This document shows positions 47,265 through 57,502 of a stretch of 64,000 bases of DNA, piece after piece; the stretch's first letter is position 1; each line of letters starts with the position of its first letter. Below the pieces are notes generated by a model, which searched no databases, was not told the DNA's origin, and saw nothing but the letters and a program-made list of their open reading frames with translations. This stretch comes from a bacterium. GTDB taxonomy: Bacteria > UBA10199 > JADFYH01. Made by a program: the position numbers and the translations under genes. Where the stretch lies: the NCBI GenBank assembly GCA_046346885.1, contig JAXMHI010000001.1:291390-355389 (forward strand), written 5' to 3'.

Positions 47265-48263
47265 ATGAAAAAGCTTTCCAGGCTATTTATTTTTTGGGCC
47301 CTTGTCGCCGTCTGCCTGCCTTTCTCCGGTATTTTGAGTTGCGGAGTTCCGAAAAACATCATCGGTAACCAAGGCGCCATCCTCTTCGTGCTCGATGAGG
47401 CCAATGATGCGGTCTATATCTACGACAATGCAACGACTTTGAACGGAACCCTGGTGCCCAACAGGACCCTTTCCGGGGCGACCAATACGGGCATCAGCAG
47501 CCCGACGACAGTAGCGGTCGACTCGATCCGCGATATCCTTTATGTGAGCGATTCCACCAACCAAGACGTGCTCGCCTTCATTCCCGCCTCCACCGTGAAT
47601 GGGGACGTGGCCCCTACCCGGAAATATCCCGGCGTGAAAAAAGGGGGGGCGGCGTTCTACGACGAGACCAATGATCGTTTGTACATCACCGACGTTACGG
47701 ACAAGGCCGTCAAGGTCTGGGATAAGATCAGTACCCTCCAAGACGGCACCGCCAACAACCGTACCATCAAATTTAACTTCGAGCCGGCGGGCATGATGGT
47801 CGATACCCAACGGGATTTTCTGTATGTCGGAGACCCCTCCACCGCCTCGGTTCAAGTGTTCCCCAATGCCTCCACCTCCTCGGGAAATCCCACGGCGGTA
47901 CGCACGATCAAAGATTCGAGCCAGGCCTTCGTCAACTTGAGCGGCCTCGACATGAATATCTTAAACGACATTCTTTTCGTTTCCGACAGCGGCATTAAAT
48001 CGGTTGAAATGTTCGATCAAACCTCCACACTGAACGGCACTGTCGCCGCCACGCGAGAACTGGATGGCGCGAACACCCAGTTGGGGGTTAACCAAGGGGA
48101 ACTCCATTTCCTCAACAACAGTCTTTTTGTGAATATTAGCGATACGCAGATCGCCGTATGGGACAGTGCGAACCAACTCACCGGCGATGTGGTCGCCAAT
48201 CGGACGGTCACCGTTTCTCCCGCCAGCAACATCATTTCTTTCGCCCTCAAGCCGGGCGACTGA
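47265..48263 (+). CDS. Lipoprotein with six beta-propeller-like repeats
   Basis: Lipobox ILSC; six repeats of V.V(W/F/Y)D.AST.NG...(P/A).RT; GGAGGA RBS. Confidence 0.8.
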   Translation: MKKLSRLFIFWALVAVCLPFSGILSCGVPKNIIGNQGAILFVLDEANDAVYIYDNATTLNGTLVPNRTLSGATNTGISSPTTVAVDSIRDILYVSDSTNQDVLAFIPASTVNGDVAPTRKYPGVKKGGAAFYDETNDRLYITDVTDKAVKVWDKISTLQDGTANNRTIKFNFEPAGMMVDTQRDFLYVGDPSTASVQVFPNASTSSGNPTAVRTIKDSSQAFVNLSGLDMNILNDILFVSDSGIKSVEMFDQTSTLNGTVAATRELDGANTQLGVNQGELHFLNNSLFVNISDTQIAVWDSANQLTGDVVANRTVTVSPASNIISFALKPGD

Positions 48264-48269
48264 TTTCGC

Positions 48270-51200
48270 TTATCGTCCGTTTCCGAGGATGGAGTCGCGG
48301 TGTTCGTTGAGGAAGCGCACCGCGATTTGGGTGAGTATTCCTCCGAGCATGATCGGCGCCTCGCGTAGGCGCCTCTGATACTCGGATTGGAGCGAGGGCG
48401 GTACTCCGTCTTGATATACGAGGTGGGTGATTTTCAACAACAGCTCGTTTTCCTTTTTGCTTGCGGCGAGGGAGTGAGGGAGGTGAACGGCGCTGAGCAT
48501 CGCCTGGTCATGGTCAAGGCTCTCCAATTCCGGAAGCTGTGAGATTTCCCGGAAAACGGCCGGATCCGCTTCTTCGGGCCAAGTTCGTACGTAGGGTAGA
48601 ATTTCCGCTCGATGTTCCACGTAGAATTGGGCGATGCGGCGTTCGAGATTGTTTTCAATCCGTTTCCGGGGCGTCAAGAAATCACGTAAGAAAACGGCAC
48701 GAAGCGGCGGCGAAATTTGCGAATGAGAGAAGAGCACTTGAATTCGGCGGCTGACCCCGTCCTTGGGAAAATCAAATGTTTCCCGGGGGTAGTCGCGGGC
48801 AAATTTTTCCTGCACCGAACTGAGGACGGCTTCGACGGCATAAGTCGGAATGGATCCCACTTCCGGAAGGCTCGAAGCGTAAGGGTAGAAGTCCAGGTGA
48901 TTTAAAACGTCGTCCCGGTTTTTATCGTAATTGCGCATCATTCGGTTTCTCAACTCGGGAAGAACCCAGCCCGGATGAATTCCCATCAACAAAAAGGAGG
49001 CGGCCCGGTGGAAATCCCGTTCCATCGTCTGGTGAAGAGCGGGATGGGAACGAGAGAAAAAATATCCCATTTGAATGAAACGAAAGAGCGGAAAGGAGCT
49101 GAAAGCTTGAAGGAACATCCTCATTCGGACGTAGGAGGTTACCGGAAGGGAAGCCACGTGCAATTCCGGAGTGACGTCGAGATCGGGATTTTCCGAGAAA
49201 CGAACGCTGCGCCCTTGAGAGAAGGCCTCCAGAACCGATTCGGCCTGTTCCTGAGGAAGAATCGTTTCGTGCGAGTCCCCTTCCGGGCTTAGGTAGCGCA
49301 CCAGGAAGGTGGGATTGCCTTCGGCCGGTTGTCTGAGGAAGAGTCTAATTTTTTGCTGTCGTTCGCGAACGGAAGAAGCCGGGTAAATATCCGTTTCCCA
49401 ATACGGCGCCATCTCTTCTTCATCTTGAGTTCGAATTCTCTCGAGATTGGGAAGGTCGCTTGAGCGTGGAGCATTTCTCATGTCCCCTCGGTGATCGAGG
49501 TAGTAGCGAAGAATTTTATCCGCGAGAGCCCCTATCCTCTCTTCCACCTCCGGAGCCGACGCGTTTTCGGAAGGGGGTTCGAAGCTCCAAAGCATCTGCT
49601 CGATCGCTCGGCGGTGGCGGCTGTTCACCGTGCTTTGGAAAATGCGGTTCACCGTTTGCGCCGCGCGTTCGAGGCTTTCCAGCCGCGGGGCGACGATCGT
49701 GCCGTTGTTATCCTGGAACGCCAAGGGCCTGATCGGTTGGGAGGCGATTTCCGGAAAGGTTCCGACGATGGAGGGAAGTCCGTCGGTTTCAATCAGGCGC
49801 GAAAGAACGGCAGGGCGGTTTCTTTGGTATTCCTCCATCATGCGGTCGGTCCCCGTTTGCATCAAGTGGGGCAGGCTGACTCCCGTCATCGCGAGAGCGG
49901 TGAGTTGACGGTATTGCCTCAGCAAATCGGTGCCGAATTTGATTAAAGGCGAATCGGTCGGCAGAGGATGAAAACGCGTGGCGAGCAGGCAGCGTAATTT
50001 CAAGAGCAGGTAGCCGTTGTCTTGGGACCAAAAATCTCTAATCGTGCCTTCTTGAGAGCGTTGCGAAATTTCGAGGGCTTCCCTCAGATCCGCATCTCCG
50101 AAAAGATTGAGTTCCGGGGCTTCCAAATCGATTCGTTGGCGTTGAGACGGGGGAGATTGGGTCAAATCCAGCGCTTTCACTTCTTCCCCTTTCAAAGGGA
50201 GGGGAGGAGAATTCCGAACGTCGTCCCGGTGATTCAAATAAAATTGCCCGACCGCGTTGAAGAAGGGATCCAAATCTCCCCGCTGGATGTCATCGAAATT
50301 CTTTTCCGCTTGTTCCATCCAAAAGCGGTTCCATTCTCCCTTGAGGCGCCGACGGCTTAGGAAAGATTGGAGAGCCCTTCCCGCTTGTGCGCCTTGGAGG
50401 GCGAAATCTCCTTCCCTTACTTCCGGCAAGGCGCCGATGCGGTCCAATACGGGGAGACCCTCGAGAAATTGGGAGCGCCAGGCGTCGTAAGCCTCGAAGG
50501 CCCGGTCGGTGACCACTTCCATTTCTCCGGGCATGGTTTCCGTTTCCAACAGAAAGCCGGAGATTTTTTCGCGAAGTTCGGCGGAGAGCCCAGGCTCGTA
50601 TCGGTCCAAAAGGGCGAACAGTTGGAGAAGCGAACGCCCTTCGCTCTGCACAAACGCTCTTCTCTCCTCGGTAATTTGGGAAACCAGACCTTCTTCCGTC
50701 ACCAAGGAAAGTTCAGGATATCGTTCCAAACGGTCCGCGGGAACTGGGGCTTCCAATACGGAGGCGATGTCGAGCGGGGGGGGAGTCGTGATCGGTGCCG
50801 GGGGGCGCGAACTCAAATTTGCCGGTTTTACTGCGATCGAAATATCCGGCATGCAGTCCACTTCCGGAACGGGATCCGGAGGGGGAGGTTCCGCAGGGGA
50901 AGCGGCTTCGAGCGTATCCTCCCTTAAGGATTCGCGGGCCCTGTTTTCTTCCATCTCACGGAGCGTTTCCCGGACGTGGTTCGAGACGGGAGAGGAAAAG
51001 TCGCCGGAAAGAAGCGAAAAGAGCGTTTCAAGGTCTTCCGTCGATTGAATCAGGTCCTCGCGGGTTTTAAGGGAAGGATTCTCCTGGGAAGCGAGCGAAA
51101 GGAAATCCGCCCAGAAAGATTCGGCGTTACCCGATTCCAGGTTCAATTCGCGGCTCAGATTCAAAGCTTCTTGCAGAAGGGAGTATCGGTTTCGGAAGTG

Positions 51201-54200
51201 GGAGATGGTTTCACCGTAGAGTGCGCTCATTCCGCGGACCACGTCCTCTTGAATCGAGGCGTAGGCTTCGAACCGTTCTCTTACTTGGCCTAAAATCGTC
51301 TCTTTCAGGGCGGGCACGGCGGGTTGAAAAAGGGCCCTTCGAAATTGATTTCTAAAGATTTCGGTCATGTCCTGGGCCATCCGGAGGGGATGGTCGAGGC
51401 CGCTGCAAAAACGCTTCGCTTCGATGAAAGGAGCGACTTGCAGGCTTAATCGGTCGACCGCCGCCAGGGACAACCGCAGGGAAGGCAGGAACGACGCCAG
51501 AAAATCTCCATGCAGGCCTTCGTCCGTGGATTCGGTGATCCCCAATCTCGAAAATCGTTCCCGGGCGCGGTGAAGAGCGACGATGCTTGATTCTTCCGTG
51601 GGGATTTCGCCACGGCGGAGCGAGGGCTCCAGCTCTCTCAGTGCGGCGTAGATCCATCGGGGAGAAATGTTCGAGGAAGCGCCTCCTCGGCTTTCCACCC
51701 AACGAGAGAAAGCGGTTTCGAAAAGGGTTTCCAAGGGAGAATGGGAAAAAACTCCCGTTTCGCTTCCGGAAATCTCGTAGATCCGGAGGGGAGGTTCTCT
51801 GCGGTTGTATTCTTCGATCAGGCGGCCGAGTTCCGAACGGATGCGGTCTTTCTGCGGTGCGAGATGGGGAAAATCCGCCAGCCGGTCTTCGATGATCCGG
51901 TCCAACAGGGCTCCGTCCTCCGTAATGGCCCCTTGCCAGCGCAGGGGATGGTGCTCGCGATATCGCGTGAGATAATTGGCGAAGGTCGAATTGGAGAACC
52001 CTTCGAGGGTGAGAGGGGCGACGGAAGCGCCGTTCGTCTCCGTGGGCAACCCCATCGTCTTCATAAAAACTTTCAAACGTTCTCCCACTTCACGGGCTTG
52101 TTCGCGGCCGTGCGAGTTCTCCACATTGCGTATGACCGATTGGAAGTGGGCGTCGTCGAAACGTTGGTAAGGGTGCGGCACTTTCTCCAAGTAACCGTTC
52201 AAGGCCGCCTCCAAAGACGGGGCTAGGGCTCCGATCTGATGGGCGAGAGCGAAGTGTTGCAGGTCTTCCTGCCAGAAGAAGAGGCGTCTTTCCAATGCAG
52301 TTTGGGAAAGTTTCCCGCGGGTCACCCGGTGGAGCACCGCCTGTTCCCCGGGATGGATGAGGGGCTCCGCTTCCCCTTGCGATTCTTTCTCCAACCGTTC
52401 ATAGAGAGACATCAGCTCGCCCCATGAATGTTCAGGGTTTTCGCCCGTTCGAGGAATTTCCGAAAGGGCCCGGTCTAAGATGCGGCGATTGCTTTCCGCG
52501 TTGGCTTCTCCGGAAAGCAGGAGGTTCGACTCCCGAAGATGGGATTCAAGCAAGCGGATCGAAATCAGGTCGCGTACGACCGAGGGGGAAAGGGCTTGGG
52601 CGCGTCTCAAAAGATCGGCCGCCACCACGAAACCTTTTAGCCTGCCTGGGCTTTGGGGATCCGGCAGCCACCTCACGCCTCCGGACTGTTCCACCGTGGG
52701 CGGGACGATTTCGAAACGCAAGGGCGCGCCCTCGATGGAGAGCGTGCCTTCCGGTCGCGTATGCAGGTGAACCCTCTCGAAAATACGGAAGAGTTCGCGG
52801 TAGAATTCTTGAATTTCCCGGAGCTCTCCGGGTTTCACCACTCCGGGGCGCTGGGCCTGCTGGGAGAGGGTTTGGAAATAACGGGTGTGTTGAAACCGCA
52901 AGCGGCGCACGAAGTTCGAAAAATCGTTTAAGAGGATGGGCCCTTCGGCAAGCTCCACACAATCCCTCCCCATCACTTCAAATTCGGCGGCCTTTTGTTC
53001 CATGAGGGCCAAGCTTAAGTCTACGGTCCCGTCCAACGCCGAGGCGAAGGGCTCCCGCTCGAAACGGACGCGCCGTGTGAGATCCAAGGGGCGCAAGGTG
53101 TCCCCATGGGCTTCCAGCACGATGCGGGCGCGGGAGGGAAAGGGCGGTCGACGGTTGAGGAGATTCTCGTCGCGATCCTGCACGGTCATGGTGGCGTCGA
53201 AATAGGGTCGGTATCGGAGGAACATGAGCAGGTTCAACATTTCCTGACGTTTTTCCTCCCCGGCTTCCTCGGGCACCAGGCTCTGGCTCAATCGATCGAG
53301 CGTGTCCATCCGCATTTTGCGGATGACGCCCCGACGGTATTCGGAAACCGTCGATTCGGAGACCCCCCATTGGCGGGCGAGGTCGATGTCGTGGGCTTCC
53401 GGCGTACTCTGAAGGTAGGCGCGCAGGAGGGAGCCCAAATTGAAATGCGCATAATCGAGATCGGCCATGAGTTTGGGGAAACGGATGACGATTTCTCCGT
53501 CTTCGTTCGGCCGGAAGTGCTGCAGTTGCTCGGGTAAGGTGAGGCGGATCGCGTCGAAGGGATCCATGTAGCCCTCTCCCTGGGCATTGATGAAATGGAA
53601 GATGCCCAAGGCGTGAAGGATTTCCCCGGGCGGCGAGAGGCGTTGATGGCCGTCTTTTCGGCTGCCCCAGGTAAAGACGGTCGCTCCCGCGATGCCCAAT
53701 TCCGCCGCGTCGATGAGTCCGCGGGTGATTCCCACCCGCGTCAGGTATTGGCCCCAATTTTCGCCCGCGTTGGGAGGCGAAAAAAGACTCGCGCCTTGAA
53801 GGGGGAGGGCGTCCAGTTCGAGGGGAGCCGGGAGAAGGGAAGCCCGTTGGATCGCTTCCGGTCTCGCGTCCGCTTGCCCCAATTTTTCCCGGAAAAACCG
53901 CCCGAAGAGCGCGATGCTTTCCGTCGGATAGGGGTGCTGCGATGAGTCTTGCAAAGTGTGTTGCAGCAAAGAAAGGTCTAAAGCGGTTTCACCGAAAGGA
54001 CGGGAGAGAATTCCTTCCGTTCTCGCGTGGAGGTAGGCCGCGTAAAAGTGCATCAGGCTTAACCCCCGCTGGTACACCTGGGCCTCTTCCGACGGCGGGA
54101 GAGATAAGTTTCGGGATTCTTCTTTGAGGAAAGTTTCCCAAGCCTCGTGGGCGGGTCCTAAGAAAGCTTGAGCTTCTTCCATCGTGAGCCGCGACGGGAG

Positions 54201-55557
54201 GATTTCCGTGCGCGAGGCGGTTTCTTGGACGAATTCCCCGTTTCTTCTGCCCGGTTGATTACTTAAAAAACGAAGCAGCGCGTTGCGTTCCAAGCCGTTC
54301 GCTTTTCCACCGCCGGTGACGGATAGGGCGGCGGACGACATGTCGTAAACTTCTTGAAGAAACGGCAAGTGGGCGGGTGTGTCGCGGCCTAAGTGGGCCA
54401 GGGCCCAGCGGGCATAATGGGGGAGCAGCTGTTCAACTCGATCCCGAAGGGAGGGCGTATCGTCCAAGTGGTGTTTCCATTGCTCCCATTCGCGAGTCAG
54501 CTGCGCTTCCACCTCTGAGGTCGCTTTGGCGGAAATGGCGCCTAAGCGCTCCCTCAAAACGTCCTGATAGCTTCGGAAGGAGGAGGCCCTTGTGCGGTTT
54601 CCTGGAAGAGTTTCGCGCTGATTTCCGTTTCCGCTTTGGTTCCCTTCCATCATCAGGATGTTCGAGTTCTTCACCGTCTCCGAAACGGTTTCGGGAGTCC
54701 CCAAAAATTCCCCTCCCGCTGGCATGGCAAAGGCGAAAGAGTGAGAACCTAAATTTTCCAATCCCGATCCGCCACGCCTTCTTTCCACCGTCACCGGCAT
54801 TGCCTGAAGACTCAAGTCGAGGCCCCGCTCGAAAGCGGCCAGGCCCGGGGCGGCGGTATGGAGCAAGCTCATGCCCGCGCCCAGTTGGAGGTTGGTCACT
54901 TCCGCGTGGAGGAGCTGTTCCGCGAGAGTCCCTTCCGCATGCGGTGTCCACCCGAGGGCGCCGGTCACTTGATGGCCGCCCACCATGGCGAAATCCGAAA
55001 AGAGGTGCTGTAAAATGACGTTCTGTTCGCGCGCCGCGTAGCCCGCGCTCTTGAGCATTCCGAAAGTGACGAGGGAAGTGCTTAGTCCTTGGGCCCATCC
55101 GCCTTGCCCGCTCCATTGCCAAAGGTGCGGATTGTTCCGGTCTCCGGAGGCGGTGGCGAGCAGACGGCTCGTACCTTCGAAGGCCACGACTTCACTTCGA
55201 GACCGATGCCGTAGGAGGCGGCCTGAAGAATGGGCGCGGCCGCCCCGCGCAGGAGGCGAGCGCCAAGGTTCCCATTCTGCCGAAGCGATAGAAGAGTCCT
55301 CCGGTCGCCATGGCGGCTAGCGACCGCCAATCGGTCGACTGCGCGACGAAGCTGCTCACCATGCCGTCTACTTGGGCTTGGCTTGCGCTTAAGCTCGGCG
55401 CATTTAAACTTTGCTGGGAGAACGCGAAAGAACGCTCGCCCGGGGAGTTTCCCGAGCCGAAGCCGCCGTCGGAAGGTGTGCCCGCGGTTCCTAAATTTGT
55501 TCGCGTGGGTTCTGTCACGGAAAAACTTTCAACAAAGGGTTTCCAAGGGGGAACCAT
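48270..55557 (-). pseudogene. Frameshifted member of the N-terminal-domain family (~2429 aa if repaired), with internal XRE-like HTH and helical repeats
   Basis: Family homology runs across three frames, with 1-nt deletions near 55243 and 55196. The downstream 2305-codon frame (48270-55187) is intact. MVPP start with GGGAG RBS. Confidence 0.7.
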
Positions 55558-55623
55558 GCCGTGCTCTCCCTTGGGTTAAGCTCAGGGTTTGCCTGGGCGC
55601 GAAATCCAAAAGAATAAAGACTT

Positions 55624-55647
55624 TTGGAGCGTTGGATAAAAAGTTGC
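55624..55647 (-). promoter_or_regulatory. Family promoter-like motif (variant)
   Basis: GCAACTT-TTTATCCAACGC-TCCAA; same spacing, CAA in place of CGA. Confidence 0.5.
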
Positions 55648-55768
55648 GCTATGGAGGGGATTCTTCTTCGGTCTTCGCGTTTTGGGAAGCGAATCTTTAA
55701 TTAATTAGTAATTTCAAATAGATAGTTTAAATTTTAGCGAAAATTGGAATGGGCCTGGTTTCCGTCGG

Positions 55769-57301
55769 TCAGGAAGGATCCACGGGAGGGGAAGCTTCTT
55801 CCGGCGCGGGAGGCAGCAAGGAAGGATTGGGTTGAGAGCGGATGTTCAGGAAATTTATACCCCTTCGTAGGCGTAAAAAGAATGCGGGATCTCCCCACGG
55901 TGAAACGGCGTCGATGCGATAAGATCGTCCCCTTTTATTCCACGAACACGCTTCGACGGTGGTTTCTCCGGGAACGATCAAGTCGCTTCGCGAGAGGATG
56001 TGGAAGATCCGAGGGTTTTCGACGCGAATCACGTTGAAGGCTTTTTGCTGCAACGCCGCTTGCGTGGCCAACCATTCGAGAAAAAGGCTGCCCACGCCGG
56101 GAAGCATCTTGTCAGTGACGATCTTGTAAAGGTTGATGGCCTCCGGTTGCACGTAGACCTTGGCTTCGCCGATTCGGTTTCCCTCGCGAAGGCGGAAATG
56201 GAAGACGGGGGTTCCCTCGGGAAAATAATCGTCCCTCTTGCGCGATTTTTCCACGTGAGTGATCTGGAGGAAGACTTCCCTCCCTTCGCGCAGGGCCATT
56301 ACTCTCTCTTGGCGGTATTTTTGAAGACTCGACCAGTCTTCTAAAATTAATTCGTAAGGATAGGACTGTTCGTTTCCTTCCTCGCTTCTCGAGGTGAGAA
56401 CCCGTTGAACGCGGAGAGGAGGAGGAAGCTTCGGGGTTACTTCTGCTTCCTCGGCGGGAGGAGCGATTTCGAGAGAGAATTTCTCGTTCCGATTTCCTCT
56501 TTTCCCACGGACAACAGGGCCCGGTCGCGGGGCAGGAACCCCATTTTGCATGAGCATTTTCACTTCGGAGATTGGAGAGAAAAATGGTCGTGCAGGAAAA
56601 AAGGAGTCGTAACGAGAGCGGCGGATCGAAAAATCCAGGCTCCTTTCCAAAATCGAAAGTCCCGGAGCGGCCCGATGGAGAAGCCCCATGCCCAAACCCA
56701 TTTGCAAATTCGTAACCTCCGCGTGGAGGAATTGCTCCGCGAGATTTCCATCGGGGGCGCTCGTCCAACCGAGCCGCGCGGTGGCTTGATGGCCGGCCAC
56801 CATCGCCGTGTCTTGAAGGAGGTGTTGGAAGAGAGCGTTTTGTCCTTGGGTCGCAGCGCCGCCGATTTTAAGAAGGCCGAATTGAACGAACGAGGTGCGC
56901 CAGCGGTCCCAGTACGAGGCATGTAGGGGCGCGGTTGCCGCGCCCGGGTGGGGAAAACCCGTCTCTAGGGAGGATAAAATGTCGCTTGTTCCTTGAAAGG
57001 CGGTTACTTCAGAGGCCAGTCCGATTCCGTAAGACGCCACCCGCAGTAGGGGGGCCGCTTGCTGCGCCCTTGACGCCAAAACCAAAGTTCCCAAACGTCC
57101 AAAACGATAGAACAACGAGCCGGCCGCCATGGCGGTGAAGGTTCTCCAGTCCCCGGTCTGTTCGACGAAGGCACTGATCATGCCGTCGATGCTGCGTTGA
57201 AAGGTCGTGGGCTCGGAAGAAGCTGAAGAAAGACTCGTCTGGGAGAAACGGGAAAGAACGGTTTCCGGGGAGGGTGTCGAATTTTCAATGGAAGCGGCCA
57301 T
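55769..57301 (-). CDS. Family member, 510 aa, with possible GNAT-like C-terminus
   Basis: Start moved to ATG 57301 (MAASIENS) to match paralog N-termini; KMLPGVGSLFLEWL resembles the acetyl-CoA-binding motif A. Confidence 0.75.
   Translation of the reverse strand: MAASIENSTPSPETVLSRFSQTSLSSASSEPTTFQRSIDGMISAFVEQTGDWRTFTAMAAGSLFYRFGRLGTLVLASRAQQAAPLLRVASYGIGLASEVTAFQGTSDILSSLETGFPHPGAATAPLHASYWDRWRTSFVQFGLLKIGGAATQGQNALFQHLLQDTAMVAGHQATARLGWTSAPDGNLAEQFLHAEVTNLQMGLGMGLLHRAAPGLSILERSLDFSIRRSRYDSFFPARPFFSPISEVKMLMQNGVPAPRPGPVVRGKRGNRNEKFSLEIAPPAEEAEVTPKLPPPLRVQRVLTSRSEEGNEQSYPYELILEDWSSLQKYRQERVMALREGREVFLQITHVEKSRKRDDYFPEGTPVFHFRLREGNRIGEAKVYVQPEAINLYKIVTDKMLPGVGSLFLEWLATQAALQQKAFNVIRVENPRIFHILSRSDLIVPGETTVEACSWNKRGRSYRIDAVSPWGDPAFFLRLRRGINFLNIRSQPNPSLLPPAPEEASPPVDPS
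56923..56968. repeat. GTAG-type REP-like doublet inside a CDS
   Basis: GTAG-GGGCGCGG-TTG-CCGCGCCC followed by the degenerate partner GGGTGGGGAAAACCCGTCTCTAG. Confidence 0.65.
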
Positions 57302-57331
57302 GTTTTCAAAAAATGATCTTCTAAGGGGGCT

Positions 57332-57355
57332 TCGACAGGCCGCGTTAAAAGTTGT
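57332..57355 (-). promoter_or_regulatory. Family promoter-like motif
   Basis: ACAACTT-TTAACGCGGCCT-GTCGA; 15-nt spacing. Confidence 0.6.
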
Positions 57356-57375
57356 TTTGCTTCCAAGAAAAAGGC

Positions 57376-57402
57376 GCAACCTCGGGAGGGGGAGAGCGAT
57401 AA
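57376..57402 (+). promoter_or_regulatory. Family promoter-like motif upstream of the DAGK-like gene
   Basis: GCAACCT-CGGGAGGGGGAG-AGCGATAA; 15-nt spacing. Confidence 0.6.
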
Positions 57403-57502
57403 GCCCCGAGTCGGTAACCCTATCATTTTCATGAGTTAAAAATCTTCGGGCACACCCTTTCTCGTTTTCTTTTGAAAACGAAGAAACCACGAGGTCTTTT
57501 TC

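Noticed and set aside
55630-55648. Plus-strand TTGGATAAAAAGTTGC with GG-N10-GC sigma-54 spacing
   Set aside because: It points away from any nearby plus-strand gene and is better explained as the reverse complement of the family GCAACTT motif.
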